From Candidatus Phosphoribacter hodrii (GTDB taxonomy: Bacteria; Actinomycetota; Actinomycetes; Actinomycetales; Dermatophilaceae), in the NCBI GenBank assembly GCA_016707175.1, contig JADJIB010000001.1:718791-782790 (forward strand): a DNA stretch of 64,000 nucleotides, written 5' to 3'. Made by a program: the position numbers and the translations under genes. The notes beneath the pieces were generated by a model. It did not search any database. It was not told the origin of the DNA and saw nothing but the letters and a program-made list of their open reading frames with translations. Shown here piece after piece: positions 41,292 to 51,703 of this stretch. The number at the start of each line of letters is the position of its first letter. The first letter of the stretch is position 1.

Positions 41292-42631
41292 GTGAGCGAC
41301 ACCACCCCACGGGACCTGGACATCGTCATCTTCGGCGCGACCGGCTTCGTCGGCCGGCTGACCGCGGCATACCTCGCGGAGCAGGCCCCCGCGGGCGTGC
41401 GGATCGCGCTTGCCGGTCGCAACCACGAGCGCCTCGAGGAGGTGCGCGCCGGGTTGCCGGACGCGGCGGCCGAGTGGGAGATCATCGTCGCCGACGCCTC
41501 CGAGCCCGTGACGCTGGCGGCGCTCGCGGCGCGGACGCGGGTCGTGGCGACGACGGTGGGGCCCTACGTCCGACTGGGTATGCCGCTCGTCGAGGCCTGC
41601 GCGATCGCGGGCACGCACTACTGCGACCTCACCGGCGAGGTGTTGTTCGTCCGGCAGAGTGCCGACACCTGGCACGAGACCGCTCGGGAGACGGGGGCGC
41701 GGATCGTGCATTCGTGCGGGTTCGACTCGATCCCGTCCGACTTGGGGGTGTTGGTCACGGCCGACACCGTGGCTGCCGATGGGGCGGGCGAGCTCACCGA
41801 GACCGTGCTGTCGGTGGTGTCGATGCGCGGCGGGGTGAGCGGCGGCACGATCGACTCGATGCGCCAGCAGGCGATCCTCATGCGGGCCGACGCTGCGGTC
41901 CGGGCGATCGTTGCCGATCCGTACGGCTTGAGCCCCGACCGGGCCGCCGAACCGCGCTCCCGTGGTGCTGAGGCCGGAGCCGAGGCTGACGCCGGGGCCG
42001 GGGCCGGGGCGGGGGCGGGGCCGGGGCGCTAGCTAAGACGGTCTGGACGTCGGCGGTTCGACTGGTTCGGCGGTCGCCGATCCGCCGCGACCCGGTGACC
42101 GGGCACTGGACCGGGCCGTTCGTCATGGCCGGGTTCAACACGCGGATCGTCCGGCGCAGCAACGCGTTGCTGGGCTGGCGGTATGGCCGGGCGTTCCGCT
42201 ATCGCGAGGTTGTCGACTTCGGCAACAGCGCCAAGGCTCCGGTGCTGGCGACCGGGATGTCGGCAGGTTTGCTCGGCTTGGCCGGGGCGATGGCCTTCGA
42301 GCCGACTCGGGCGGTGGTCGACCGGTTCCTTCCCAAGCCTGGCGAGGGACCGAGCGAGGAGAACCAGGCGAACGGCCGGTTTCGGATGGTGATCCGCACG
42401 ACGACGACCACGGGCGCGGCATACCGGACGAAGGTGGGGGCCGATCGGGACCCTGGTTACAGCGGGACTGCAGTCATGCTCGGCGAGTCGGCGCTGGCCT
42501 TGGCGTTGGACGGTGACCTGCTGCCGGGGGGCGGAGGCGTGCTGACGCCAGCGACCGGCTTGGGTTCAGTGCTTGTCGACCGGCTGGTAGCCCAAGACTT
42601 CACCTTCGACTGCGAGCGCGTCGACTCCTGA
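41292..42631 (+). CDS. Saccharopine dehydrogenase-family / trans-acting enoyl reductase-like protein; frame break inside a (GGGGCN)n repeat at 41991-42029
   Basis: IVIFGATGFVGRL...HYCDLTGE...SCGFDSIPSDLG (ORF 41292..42032). It continues in another frame as ...DPVTGHWTGPFVMAGFNTRIVRRSNALLGWRYG (ORF 42095..42631). Confidence 0.7.
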
Positions 42632-42694
42632 CCCCAGCCTGATCTCGCCCAAGCCTGCCCTACCTGACCTGCCCGACCCCTGCCGACCCTGCCC

Positions 42695-42945
42695 GCCCCA
42701 AGAACCACACACCCGCCGACGCTTTCTTCACGCCCAGGCCCCGCCCGCCCCAAGAACCACACACCCGCCGACGCTTTCTTCACGCCCAGGCCCCGCCCGC
42801 CCCAAGAACCACACACCCGCCGACGCTTTCTTAACGCCCAGGCCTCGATCGCCCCAAGATCCTCACAGCTGCCAGGGTTCTGGGCGTTGGGTATGCCGTT
42901 CGCCCCCGAATTCACCACACTCGCCGGCGATTTCCCGGCCCCACG
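42695..42945 (+). repeat. 52-bp tandem repeat (3 near-identical units plus 1 degenerate) of the CACAC(C/T)CGCCG element, plus one further dispersed copy
   Basis: Units start at 42695, 42747, 42799 and 42851. Cores at 42708, 42760, 42812, (42864) and 42916. A 9-bp inverted repeat AACGCCCAG/CTGGGCGTT (42833-42841 / 42879-42887) closes the array. Confidence 0.9.
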
Positions 42946-43015
42946 AACCCCAGCCCGCCCGACGAACCCCCCGCAACCCGACGAACCCCAGCCAACCAGC
43001 CTCAGCCAGCCAGCC

Positions 43016-43570
43016 TCAGAGGAAGTCGGCCGGGTTGAACTCCTCGATGGGAATGATCCGCACCCGGGGAAGGCGCGAGTTGAAGGCCTGCACGTCGTAT
43101 TCGAGGTCGAACAACTCAACCCCTCGCTGACTCAGCGCGGTGAGCCCCTGGTTGCGGAACTCGGTGAATCCGATGATCCCGACCCGCCGCGTCGAGCACA
43201 GGTCGCTCACCTGCGGGATGAAATCCCCGTCGTTGCTGACCAGGATGACGTCGCCCGATCGGCGGCCGATCTCCTCGAGGGTCCGCTGGATGGCCAGATC
43301 GACGACCTTCTCGCCGGGGGCGCCGCGCAGCGGAATGACCCGATAGCCGATGGCCAGCAGCGCCTGCACGAACGCCATCGGCAGGTCGGCATTGGCGGCG
43401 AGGAAGAACAACCCGCGGGCCGGCTGAGACCACGTGGTCTCGGCGAAGCTCAGCAGCCGCTCCCAGCGAGGACGTTCCTCACTTGCCGGACGCCGCATGA
43501 GGATCGACGTCCCCAACGTGGCGTCGACGTTCTCGCCATCAACAAGGACGTACGTGATCGGCGCGGCCAT
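43016..43570 (-). CDS. NYN (LabA/DUF88-like) domain protein
   Basis: YVLVDGENVD...VILVSNDGDFIPQV...GIIGF PIN-like acidic motifs. Confidence 0.8.
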   Translation of the reverse strand: MAAPITYVLVDGENVDATLGTSILMRRPASEERPRWERLLSFAETTWSQPARGLFFLAANADLPMAFVQALLAIGYRVIPLRGAPGEKVVDLAIQRTLEEIGRRSGDVILVSNDGDFIPQVSDLCSTRRVGIIGFTEFRNQGLTALSQRGVELFDLEYDVQAFNSRLPRVRIIPIEEFNPADFL

Positions 43571-43579
43571 GCACCGAAC

Positions 43580-45252
43580 CTAGCCGACCTGTCGCCGCCG
43601 CACCCACGCTTGCCAAGGGGCAAGGACACCGAGGTGAGCGGGCGGCATACCGGAGTCGTCAGAGTCTCCCGACGAGATGACGACCTCCGCGTCCTCCCAG
43701 CCATCCGGCAGCGCGACCTCGACCGACTCCCCGCTGAGGTTCGCGACGACCAACAACTCGTCGCCCTCCAGCGCCCGCGTGAAGGCATAGACGCTCGGGT
43801 GGTCGGCGAGCAGCAGCTCGAACCGCCCCTCAACGACCACCGGCAGCTCGCGCCGCAGCCGGATCAGCCCCTGGTAGTGGGCGAAGACCGACTCCGGGTC
43901 ACCCACCTGCGCGGCCGCGTTGATCTCCCGGTATGCCGGGTTGACCGGCAGCCACGGCGTCCCCGTCGTGAACCCCGCGTGCTCGGACGCGTCCCACTGC
44001 ATCGGTGTGCGCGCGTGGTCGCGGCTCTGGACGTTGACCGCGGCGAGCGCCACCGCCGGGTCCATGCCCTTGCCCACCGCCTCCGCCGACCAGTTGCGCG
44101 ACTCGACGTCATCGAGCTGATCGAGCGAGGTGAAGGGGTAGTTGACCATCCCCAACTCCTCCCCCTGGTAGACGTAGGGGGTGCCGCGGTGCAGGTGCAG
44201 CACCGTCGCGAGCGCCTTCGCCGAGACCTCGCGGTATGCCGTGCTGCCGGCTCCGTAGCGCGACACCGGTCGCGGTTGGTCGTGGTTGCACCAGTAGAGG
44301 CTGTTCCAGCCGACATCGGCCAGGCCGTCCTGCCAGCGGGCCATGATCGACTTCAGCCGGACCCAGTCGACGGGGCGGATGTCGTAGCGGCCGCCCATCC
44401 CGTGGTCGACGCCCATGTGCTCGAACTGGAAGACCATGTCGAACTCGCCGCGCGCCGGGTCGGTGAACCGCACCGCGTCGTCGACGGTGGCGCCCGGGGC
44501 CTCCCCAACGGTGATGAGTTGCTTTCCGCCCCAGGCGTTTTCATGCATCTCAGCGACGAACTCGTGGATCCGCGGCCCGTTGAAGAACCACCCGGTGCCG
44601 TCGGCGTTGAACTGCTTGGAGACGAGGTTGATGACGTCAAAGCGGAAGCCGTCGACGCCGCGGTCGAGCCACCAGCGCAGCATCTCGGCGACGGCCGCCC
44701 GCACGTCGGGGTTCTCCCAGTTGAGGTCGGGCTGCTTGCGATCGAACAGGTGCAGGTAGTACTCCCCGTCGCGAGATCCGGCTCCCACGTCGACCCGCTG
44801 AAGAACGCCTGCCAGTCGGTCGGCTCGGCCCCCGGCGCCCCGATCGTCATGCCGTCGCGCGGCTCGCGCCACCAATACCAGTCTCGCCGTGGGCTTTCCC
44901 GCGAGCTGCGGGCCTCGACGAACCACGGGTGCTCGTCGCTCGTGTGGTTGACGACGATGTCGATGACGAGCTTCATCCCGCGCGCATGCAGCTGCGCAAT
45001 GAGCCGGTCGACGTCCTCGATCGTCCCGAAGAGCGGGTCGACGCCCTGGTAGTCGCTGATGTCATAGCCGTTGTCCGCCTGCGGCGAGGGATAGAACGGC
45101 GACACCCAGACGACGTCGGCCCCGAGCGTCTGGATGTGGTCGAGCCGGTCGATGAGCCCCGGCAGATCGCCGAAACCGTCACCGTTGCTGTCCGCGAAAC
45201 TCCGCGGATACACCTGGTAGACCACGCTATTGCGCCACCACGGCTGCGACAT
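43580..45252 (-). CDS. GH13 alpha-glucosidase / oligo-1,6-glucosidase family; apparent 1-nt deletion in a homopolymer at 44764-44767
   Basis: WWRNSVVYQVYPRSFADSNGDGFGDL, VIDIVVNHTSDEH, then FSGSTWEPDLATG|EYYLHLF needs one extra G. GVDGFRFDVI, VGEAP, WCNHDQPR follow. Confidence 0.8.
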
Positions 45253-45283
45253 CGACACTCCCTCTGCGGCTAGGCTGAATCGC

Positions 45284-46153
45284 GTGACCACTGGGGGACG
45301 GGCACCTCGCCACCGGGGTCCACGGCATACCCTCCTGTATGCCGCGTGCGCGGCGCTAACGCTACTCGCCACGGCCTGTTCCGGCGCGAGTCCAACCACC
45401 GCGACGCCCACCACGACCTTGGTCAGCGAGACACCGACGACCTGGGCCACGCAGACACCAGCGACCACCGTCCCGACGACCGCTGCGGCGCCCACGGCGA
45501 GTGAGCCCGCGCCCACCGCGTCATCGACCGCCACCACGTCCTCACCTCGGCCCAGCAGCAGCTCGCCGACGGCGGCCCCCGTCGCGGGAGTCCTTCGCAT
45601 CGTTGACGCGTGGATTCCCTACTCGCAGCAGCGCAAGGACGAGATGGCGGCATACGCCAAGCGTCACTATGGGGTTGATTCCTGGACGCTGGACCCCCAG
45701 GTGATCGTCCTGCACTTCACCGAGACGGACACCTGGGAGCCGGTGCGATCGAGTTTCGCCATCGACTCGCCCAACCGGGGTGAGCTGCCCGGGACGTGCG
45801 CCCACTTCGTCGTCGACCAGTCCGGCATCGTCCACGCGCTCGTCCCGACCAACGTCATGTGTCGGCACGCCATCGGGCTCAACCACGTGGCGATCGGCAT
45901 CGAGATCGTGCAGGCGACCCACGGTCACACGTCGCTGTGGGCCGATCAGCAGATCCTCGCGCGGCCCGCTCAGATCCAGGCAGTGCTGGCGCTGGTCCGG
46001 AAGTTGCAGGCTCAGTTCGGCATCGCGAACTCAGATGTGATCGGTCACGCGACCGCCAACGGGCACCGGCTCTTCCTGGACAAGGAAGGCTGGCGCAACG
46101 ACCACACCGACTGGCAGGCCCCCAGCGTCGCCGAGTTCCGCTCCCGCCTGTAA
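45284..46153 (+). CDS. Lipoprotein N-acetylmuramoyl-L-alanine amidase (Amidase_2/PGRP fold)
   Basis: Lipobox LLATAC, Thr/Pro linker, then VIVLHFTETD...CAHFVVDQSGIVHALVP...GLNHVAIGIEIV...VIGHATANG. Confidence 0.8.
   Translation: MTTGGRAPRHRGPRHTLLYAACAALTLLATACSGASPTTATPTTTLVSETPTTWATQTPATTVPTTAAAPTASEPAPTASSTATTSSPRPSSSSPTAAPVAGVLRIVDAWIPYSQQRKDEMAAYAKRHYGVDSWTLDPQVIVLHFTETDTWEPVRSSFAIDSPNRGELPGTCAHFVVDQSGIVHALVPTNVMCRHAIGLNHVAIGIEIVQATHGHTSLWADQQILARPAQIQAVLALVRKLQAQFGIANSDVIGHATANGHRLFLDKEGWRNDHTDWQAPSVAEFRSRL
46116..46153 (+). repeat. Left copy of a ~38-bp direct repeat (3' end of the amidase gene)
   Basis: ggcaggcccccagcgtcgccgagttccgctcccgcctgtaa versus the second copy at 46494-46531. 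Confidence 0.85.
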
Positions 46154-46186
46154 GCGCCAGCGAATCATCCGCGCCGTGAGCTGTTC

Positions 46187-46387
46187 TTACCGTGGGCGTC
46201 GGGCTGGCATCGGCCAAATGATCATGGCCAGTCCCACCAGCGAAAGGACGTAAACCCACCATCCACGGCCCCAGAGGAACGCCGAGGCGGCAACCAGAAC
46301 CCCGCCCGGGATAGCCCAACGCAAATATCGCCTAGAACTCACCGCAGAAACGATACGTGTCGACGGCGTCCGGCGCCGGGGTGCCAT
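46187..46387 (-). CDS. Small hypothetical membrane protein (66 aa, two hydrophobic segments)
   Basis: ORF track only. Lies in a lower-GC patch between the direct repeats. Confidence 0.3.
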   Translation of the reverse strand: MAPRRRTPSTRIVSAVSSRRYLRWAIPGGVLVAASAFLWGRGWWVYVLSLVGLAMIIWPMPARRPR

Positions 46388-46493
46388 TTGCCGATTGGCG
46401 GGCTGTCACCTCGTCATCTCGGACCGCGGTCCGATGACTCGAACACCACGCGCGGCCGCGGCGGTCGCGAGGAGGCTGGGCTGCGAGCCCGGG

Positions 46494-46531
46494 CAGGCCC
46501 CAGCGTCGCCGAGTTCCGCTCCCGGCTCTAG
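46494..46531 (+). repeat. Right copy of the ~38-bp direct repeat
   Basis: ggcaggccccagcgtcgccgagttccgctcccggctctag. With one extra C it would encode the same APSVAEFRSRL-stop. Confidence 0.85.
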
Positions 46532-46894
46532 CCGTTCAGTCCGACGGCTCAGCCCGGCCAGTCTTCACGCATGAGAATGAGGTAATCCGGCGAGAATGCG
46601 TCCGCGAGCGAGCCAGCGGTGGCTGCGATAGCGGCGCGTCGCTCTTCAACGTTGGGCGGAACCGATCGGCCGCATCGACCGCCCCGAGCCCGAAGTCCCT
46701 CTCGGGGACTGAGTGCCGCAGCTGCTGGATGGGCATCACTCAGTGAAACACGCTCTACCGAAATGTCGCACCTGACTTCGCCTCAAACGCTCCCGCTCAT
46801 TCGGGGGGCACGGGAACGTGACCTGTGCCACAGTGAGTGGGTCGGTGACGGGGCACCCGACGGTCATCCTCATCAGCGTCGATCGGGAGCTCAC

Positions 46895-48163
46895 ATGACT
46901 CTTCCCATCCCCTCGGTCCGCCCACTCGCCACGTCGAGCCGACCCCGCGGCATACGCCGCCTGCGGTATGCCGCCATCCTCCTCACCAGCCTCGGCCTCG
47001 CCGCCGCGGGCCTCACCTCCGCAACCCAAGCCTCCGCTGACGGGCCCGGAGTAGGCACCCCGTGGGTGGCGAGCCTGGGCGACAGCTACATCTCCGGCGA
47101 GGCCGGCCGCTGGGCCGGCAACTCCAACTCCAGTTCGTCGTCGGTCGATGCCCTCGGCTCGACCGCCTACTACGACAACGCCACTCGCACCGCCGAGCAG
47201 ATCAACCGCTGCCACCGCAGTTGGGCCGCCTCGATCTACATCAGCGCCGGCACCCAGGGCGTCGACCTGGCCTGCTCGGGCGCCCAGACCAGCACCTACA
47301 CGTCGTCCGACGGCTACTTCAAGCCCGGCCTGGACTTCTATGACAACGGCGCGGGCAAGCAGGGCCAGGCCAAGATGCTGCAGAACTTCGCGGCCGGCCA
47401 CAACGTCAAGATGGTCGTCGTCAGCATCGGCGGCAACGACTTCAACTTCGCCGGGATCATCCAGTCCTGCGTGACGAACTTCCTCACCTCGCCGTCGTGG
47501 TGGCCCAACTATTGCTACGACGACTCGTCGGTCAAGGCCAACTTCACCTCGACGAATGTCGCGACCGTCAAGGCCCGCATCACGACCGCCCTGCTCAACG
47601 TCCGCCAGGCGATGCGCAACGCCGGTTACGCCGACAGCGCGTGGACCCTCGTCGTGCAGGACTATCCGTCGCCGATCCCCAACGGCTCCGGCTTCCGCTA
47701 CAGCCAGTCCGGCTACACCCGCCAGAGCACCGGCGGCTGCGGCTTCTGGAACAGGGACGCCGACTGGGCCAACTCCTCCGCCCTCCCCACGATCAACAAC
47801 ACCGTCAAGGGCGCGCTCACCGCCTCGGGCATCGCCGGAGCCAAAGTCCTCGAGTTGCAGTCGGCCTTCAACGGCCGCCGCCTCTGCGAGAACACCGTCG
47901 GCCTGCTGCAGGAGAAGGGCTTCTCGTCCTGGACCCAGGCGGGTGCCGTCGACAAGACCGAATGGATCTCGCAGATCCGCACGATCTCGACGGCCACCGG
48001 CCCCTACTACGTCCAGGAGTCCCTGCACCCCAACTACTGGGGCGAGCTCGCTGAGCGCTCCTGCGTCCGCCAGGTGTGGAACGGCGGCGCCGTCCGCGGC
48101 GGCACGTGCACCATCGCGGGCACCGGCCTGCTCAACGGCGAGCCCCGGATGTCGTTGCTCTGA
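46895..48163 (+). CDS. Secreted SGNH/GDSL hydrolase (lipase/esterase)
   Basis: ATG at 46895 behind GGGAG. Signal peptide ...ATQASA. GDSYISGE block I, GGNDF block III, multiple Cys pairs. Confidence 0.8.
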   Translation: MTLPIPSVRPLATSSRPRGIRRLRYAAILLTSLGLAAAGLTSATQASADGPGVGTPWVASLGDSYISGEAGRWAGNSNSSSSSVDALGSTAYYDNATRTAEQINRCHRSWAASIYISAGTQGVDLACSGAQTSTYTSSDGYFKPGLDFYDNGAGKQGQAKMLQNFAAGHNVKMVVVSIGGNDFNFAGIIQSCVTNFLTSPSWWPNYCYDDSSVKANFTSTNVATVKARITTALLNVRQAMRNAGYADSAWTLVVQDYPSPIPNGSGFRYSQSGYTRQSTGGCGFWNRDADWANSSALPTINNTVKGALTASGIAGAKVLELQSAFNGRRLCENTVGLLQEKGFSSWTQAGAVDKTEWISQIRTISTATGPYYVQESLHPNYWGELAERSCVRQVWNGGAVRGGTCTIAGTGLLNGEPRMSLL

Positions 48164-48187
48164 AAGGCGATTCGCACCTCACGTGAG

Positions 48188-48220
48188 CGGGGCGGCATAC
48201 CCATCAGGTATGCCGCCCCG
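48188..48220. terminator. Hairpin CGGGGCGGCATACC-catca-GGTATGCCGCCCCG between convergent genes
   Basis: 14-bp perfect stem, 5-nt loop, made of an inverted octamer pair. Confidence 0.55.
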
Positions 48221-48265
48221 CCCCACGCCCCAGCCGCAACTGAATGGGGTCACCGAGCCGCGGGC

Positions 48266-49087
48266 TCAGTCGTGGTGCGCGTGTTCGTGGCCCTGGTGAG
48301 TCGGCTCCTCGAGCTGGAAGGTGCAGTGTTCGACGTCGAAATGGCCTGCGAGACAGACGCCGAGGGAGTCGAGCACCCGACCGCCGCCTCCGTCGGCGAG
48401 CACGTCCTGCGCCACGACCACATGGACCGAGAGGACCGGCAGGCCGCTGGTGATGGTCCAGGCGTGCAGGTCGTGCGCGTCGATGACGCCGGGAGTGTCC
48501 AGCAGATGCTGACGCACCTGGGTGAGGTCAACACCCCGGGGGGTGGCCTCAAGAAGGACGTCCACCGCCTCCCGAAGCAGCCCCCACGTGCGCGGCAGGA
48601 TCATCAACCCGATGAGGGCAGAGGCGATGGGGTCGGCCTGGGTGTAGCCGGTCAGCGCGATCACGATGGCCGCGACGATCACGGCAGCGGAGCCCAACAG
48701 GTCGCCAAGCACCTCCAGATATGCCCCGCGCACGTTGAGCGACTCCTGCTGCCCACCGCGCAGCACCAGCAACGAGATCGTGTTGGCGACGAGACCAACG
48801 ACGGCAACCCCGAGCATGAGTCCGGTGGCGACTTCCGGCGGCGAGGTGAACCGTCGCACCGCCTCGACCAACACGAAGCCGGCCACGCCGAAGAGCAGCA
48901 GCGCGTTGACGACCGCTGCCAGGACCTCAGACCGTTGATACCCGAATGTGCGCTCAGGGGTCGCTGGCCGGCTGGCGAACCAAGCCGCAAGGAGCGCGAG
49001 GCCGACGCCGGCGGCGTCGGTCAGCATGTGCGCGGCATCGGCCAACAGGGCCAACGACCCGGAGATCAGCCCGCCGATGACCTCCCA
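48266..49087 (-). pseudogene. czcD: CzcD/ZitB-type cation diffusion facilitator lacking its N-terminus (about 30 codons missing)
   Basis: The frame opens at ...WEVIGGLISGSLALLADAAHMLTDAAG (normally mid-TM1/TM2), immediately after an in-frame TGA and the G13 run. The remainder is intact to HQGHEHAHHD. Confidence 0.7.
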
Positions 49088-49091
49088 TCAC

Positions 49092-49824
49092 TTAGGGGGG
49101 GGGGGGGTGGCAGTCGGCCCCACAGTCCGAAGTCGCCGGTCCGGCCACGGTGGCAGCGTCATCGGCGCAGCAACCGTCATCGCAACCCGCGCCCTGTGAC
49201 GCTCTCGGCTCAGAGCTGCCAGCGGCACAGCAGAGGTCGCCGCGCCAGGCGTTGCGCCCTTCGTTGATCGCGACCCCGGCGATGACGAGCGCCGCGATGG
49301 GGTCAGCCCAGCTCCACCCCAGCGCGGCGTTCAGCACGAGGCCGAGAAGGAGAACAGCGAGAGGTAGGTGCCAGCAACGTCCGCGACGAGTCAGCGGCCG
49401 GCGCGGCGGGCGACGTTGCGCCCAGGACAGAATGGCATGATGATCAGGGGAGGAGCAGCCCGATGCCGACCGGCGAGGTGTCCGGCTCGACGCCGAACAT
49501 CAGTCCGCGGACTGATCCGAAGGTCACGTAACCGGCCAGCGCGAAGAACGAGAGCGCCATCAGTCGCTGGGCGACGCGTTCACGCGACTCAGGCAGATGG
49601 TGGCTGAACTGCCACAGGATGATAAGTCCGCTGGAGACTTCGACGAGGGAGTCCAGGCCGAAGCCGATCAGCGCCACGGACGATGCCGCCGCACCGGCCC
49701 ACACCGCGATGATGCACTCGACGATGTTGTAGGCCACCGAGGCGCCCGCCAACTGCCGCGCCCGGCGGCCGAGGCGTTGCCGCTCCTGCGCCGTCAGCCC
49801 GCTGGCCCTCGTGTTGGTGCTCAT
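49092..49824 (-). pseudogene. Small cation-efflux family transporter with a Cys-rich tail; several frame changes and an in-frame TGA between 49340 and 49450
   Basis: ORF 49444..49851 (SVAYNIVECIIAVWAGAAASSVALIGFGLDSLVEVSS) and ORF 49092..49337 (LNAALGWSWADPIAALVIAGVAINEGRNAWRGDLCC...). The linking text (MP..LSWAQRR..ARRAGR*LVADVAGTYLSL) is spread over three frames. Confidence 0.6.
49095..49107. repeat. G13 homopolymer at the junction of two disrupted transporter genes
   Basis: cttaGGGGGGGGGGGGGtgg, read directly. Confidence 0.95.
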
Positions 49825-50201
49825 CGCGCCTCCGTGCCATAGCGCGGGCACAGTTCCACGGCATCACCCGTGAGGGCGAGCAGGTTCTCAGCAGCTCGCA
49901 GCACCTGCAGCGTCGCCTCCTGATAGGCCAAGGCGTAGACCGAGGCGCGACCCTCAGGTCGCACAGTGACCAGACCGCAATCAAGCAGGCAGAGCAGGTG
50001 CTTGCTCACCGTCGATTGAGCCAGGCCCAGGTGTTTGGTGAGGTCGACGACCCGATGCTCACCCAACGCAAGGTGCTGAACGATGGCCAGCCGCGAGCGA
50101 TCGCTGAACCCGTGGAACAGGCAGGCCGCAGCCGTGAGCGCTGAGGTTTCGCTGATCCCAGCAACCGGGGCAGGAGCGCTCATTTGCGTTTTCATCGTCA
50201 T
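49821..50201 (-). CDS. cmtR: ArsR/SmtB family metalloregulator, CmtR-like (Cd/Pb type)
   Basis: RLAIVQHLALGEHRVVDLTKHLGLAQSTVSKHLLCLLDCGLV has the LCxxxC pair characteristic of CmtR, plus a C-terminal Cys (ELCPRYG). ATGA coupling to the transporter gene. Confidence 0.7.
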   Translation of the reverse strand: MTMKTQMSAPAPVAGISETSALTAAACLFHGFSDRSRLAIVQHLALGEHRVVDLTKHLGLAQSTVSKHLLCLLDCGLVTVRPEGRASVYALAYQEATLQVLRAAENLLALTGDAVELCPRYGTEAR

Positions 50202-50269
50202 ATGGCGATGTTAGCGCCAATTGGCTCGCGCTGGAACCACCCGCCCAGCACCCGCCCCGGTACTCGCCG

Positions 50270-51703
<1,434 letters not shown>

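Noticed and set aside
42695-42890. Possible CRISPR array (regularly spaced repeats next to a nuclease-fold gene)
   Set aside because: The whole 52-bp unit is repeated. There are no unique spacers between repeats and no cas genes anywhere in the window. It is a plain tandem repeat.
45284-46153. Amidase gene as a prophage endolysin or prophage remnant
   Set aside because: It has a lipoprotein signal and a Thr/Pro linker typical of housekeeping cell-wall amidases. No holin, capsid, tail, integrase or repressor genes are nearby.
49391-49393. In-frame TGA in the small cation transporter as a selenocysteine or readthrough codon
   Set aside because: It sits amid several frameshifts within about 100 nt. 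No SECIS-like hairpin was noticed, and the position is not a Cys/Sec site in the family as I recall it. Sequence error or decay is far more likely.
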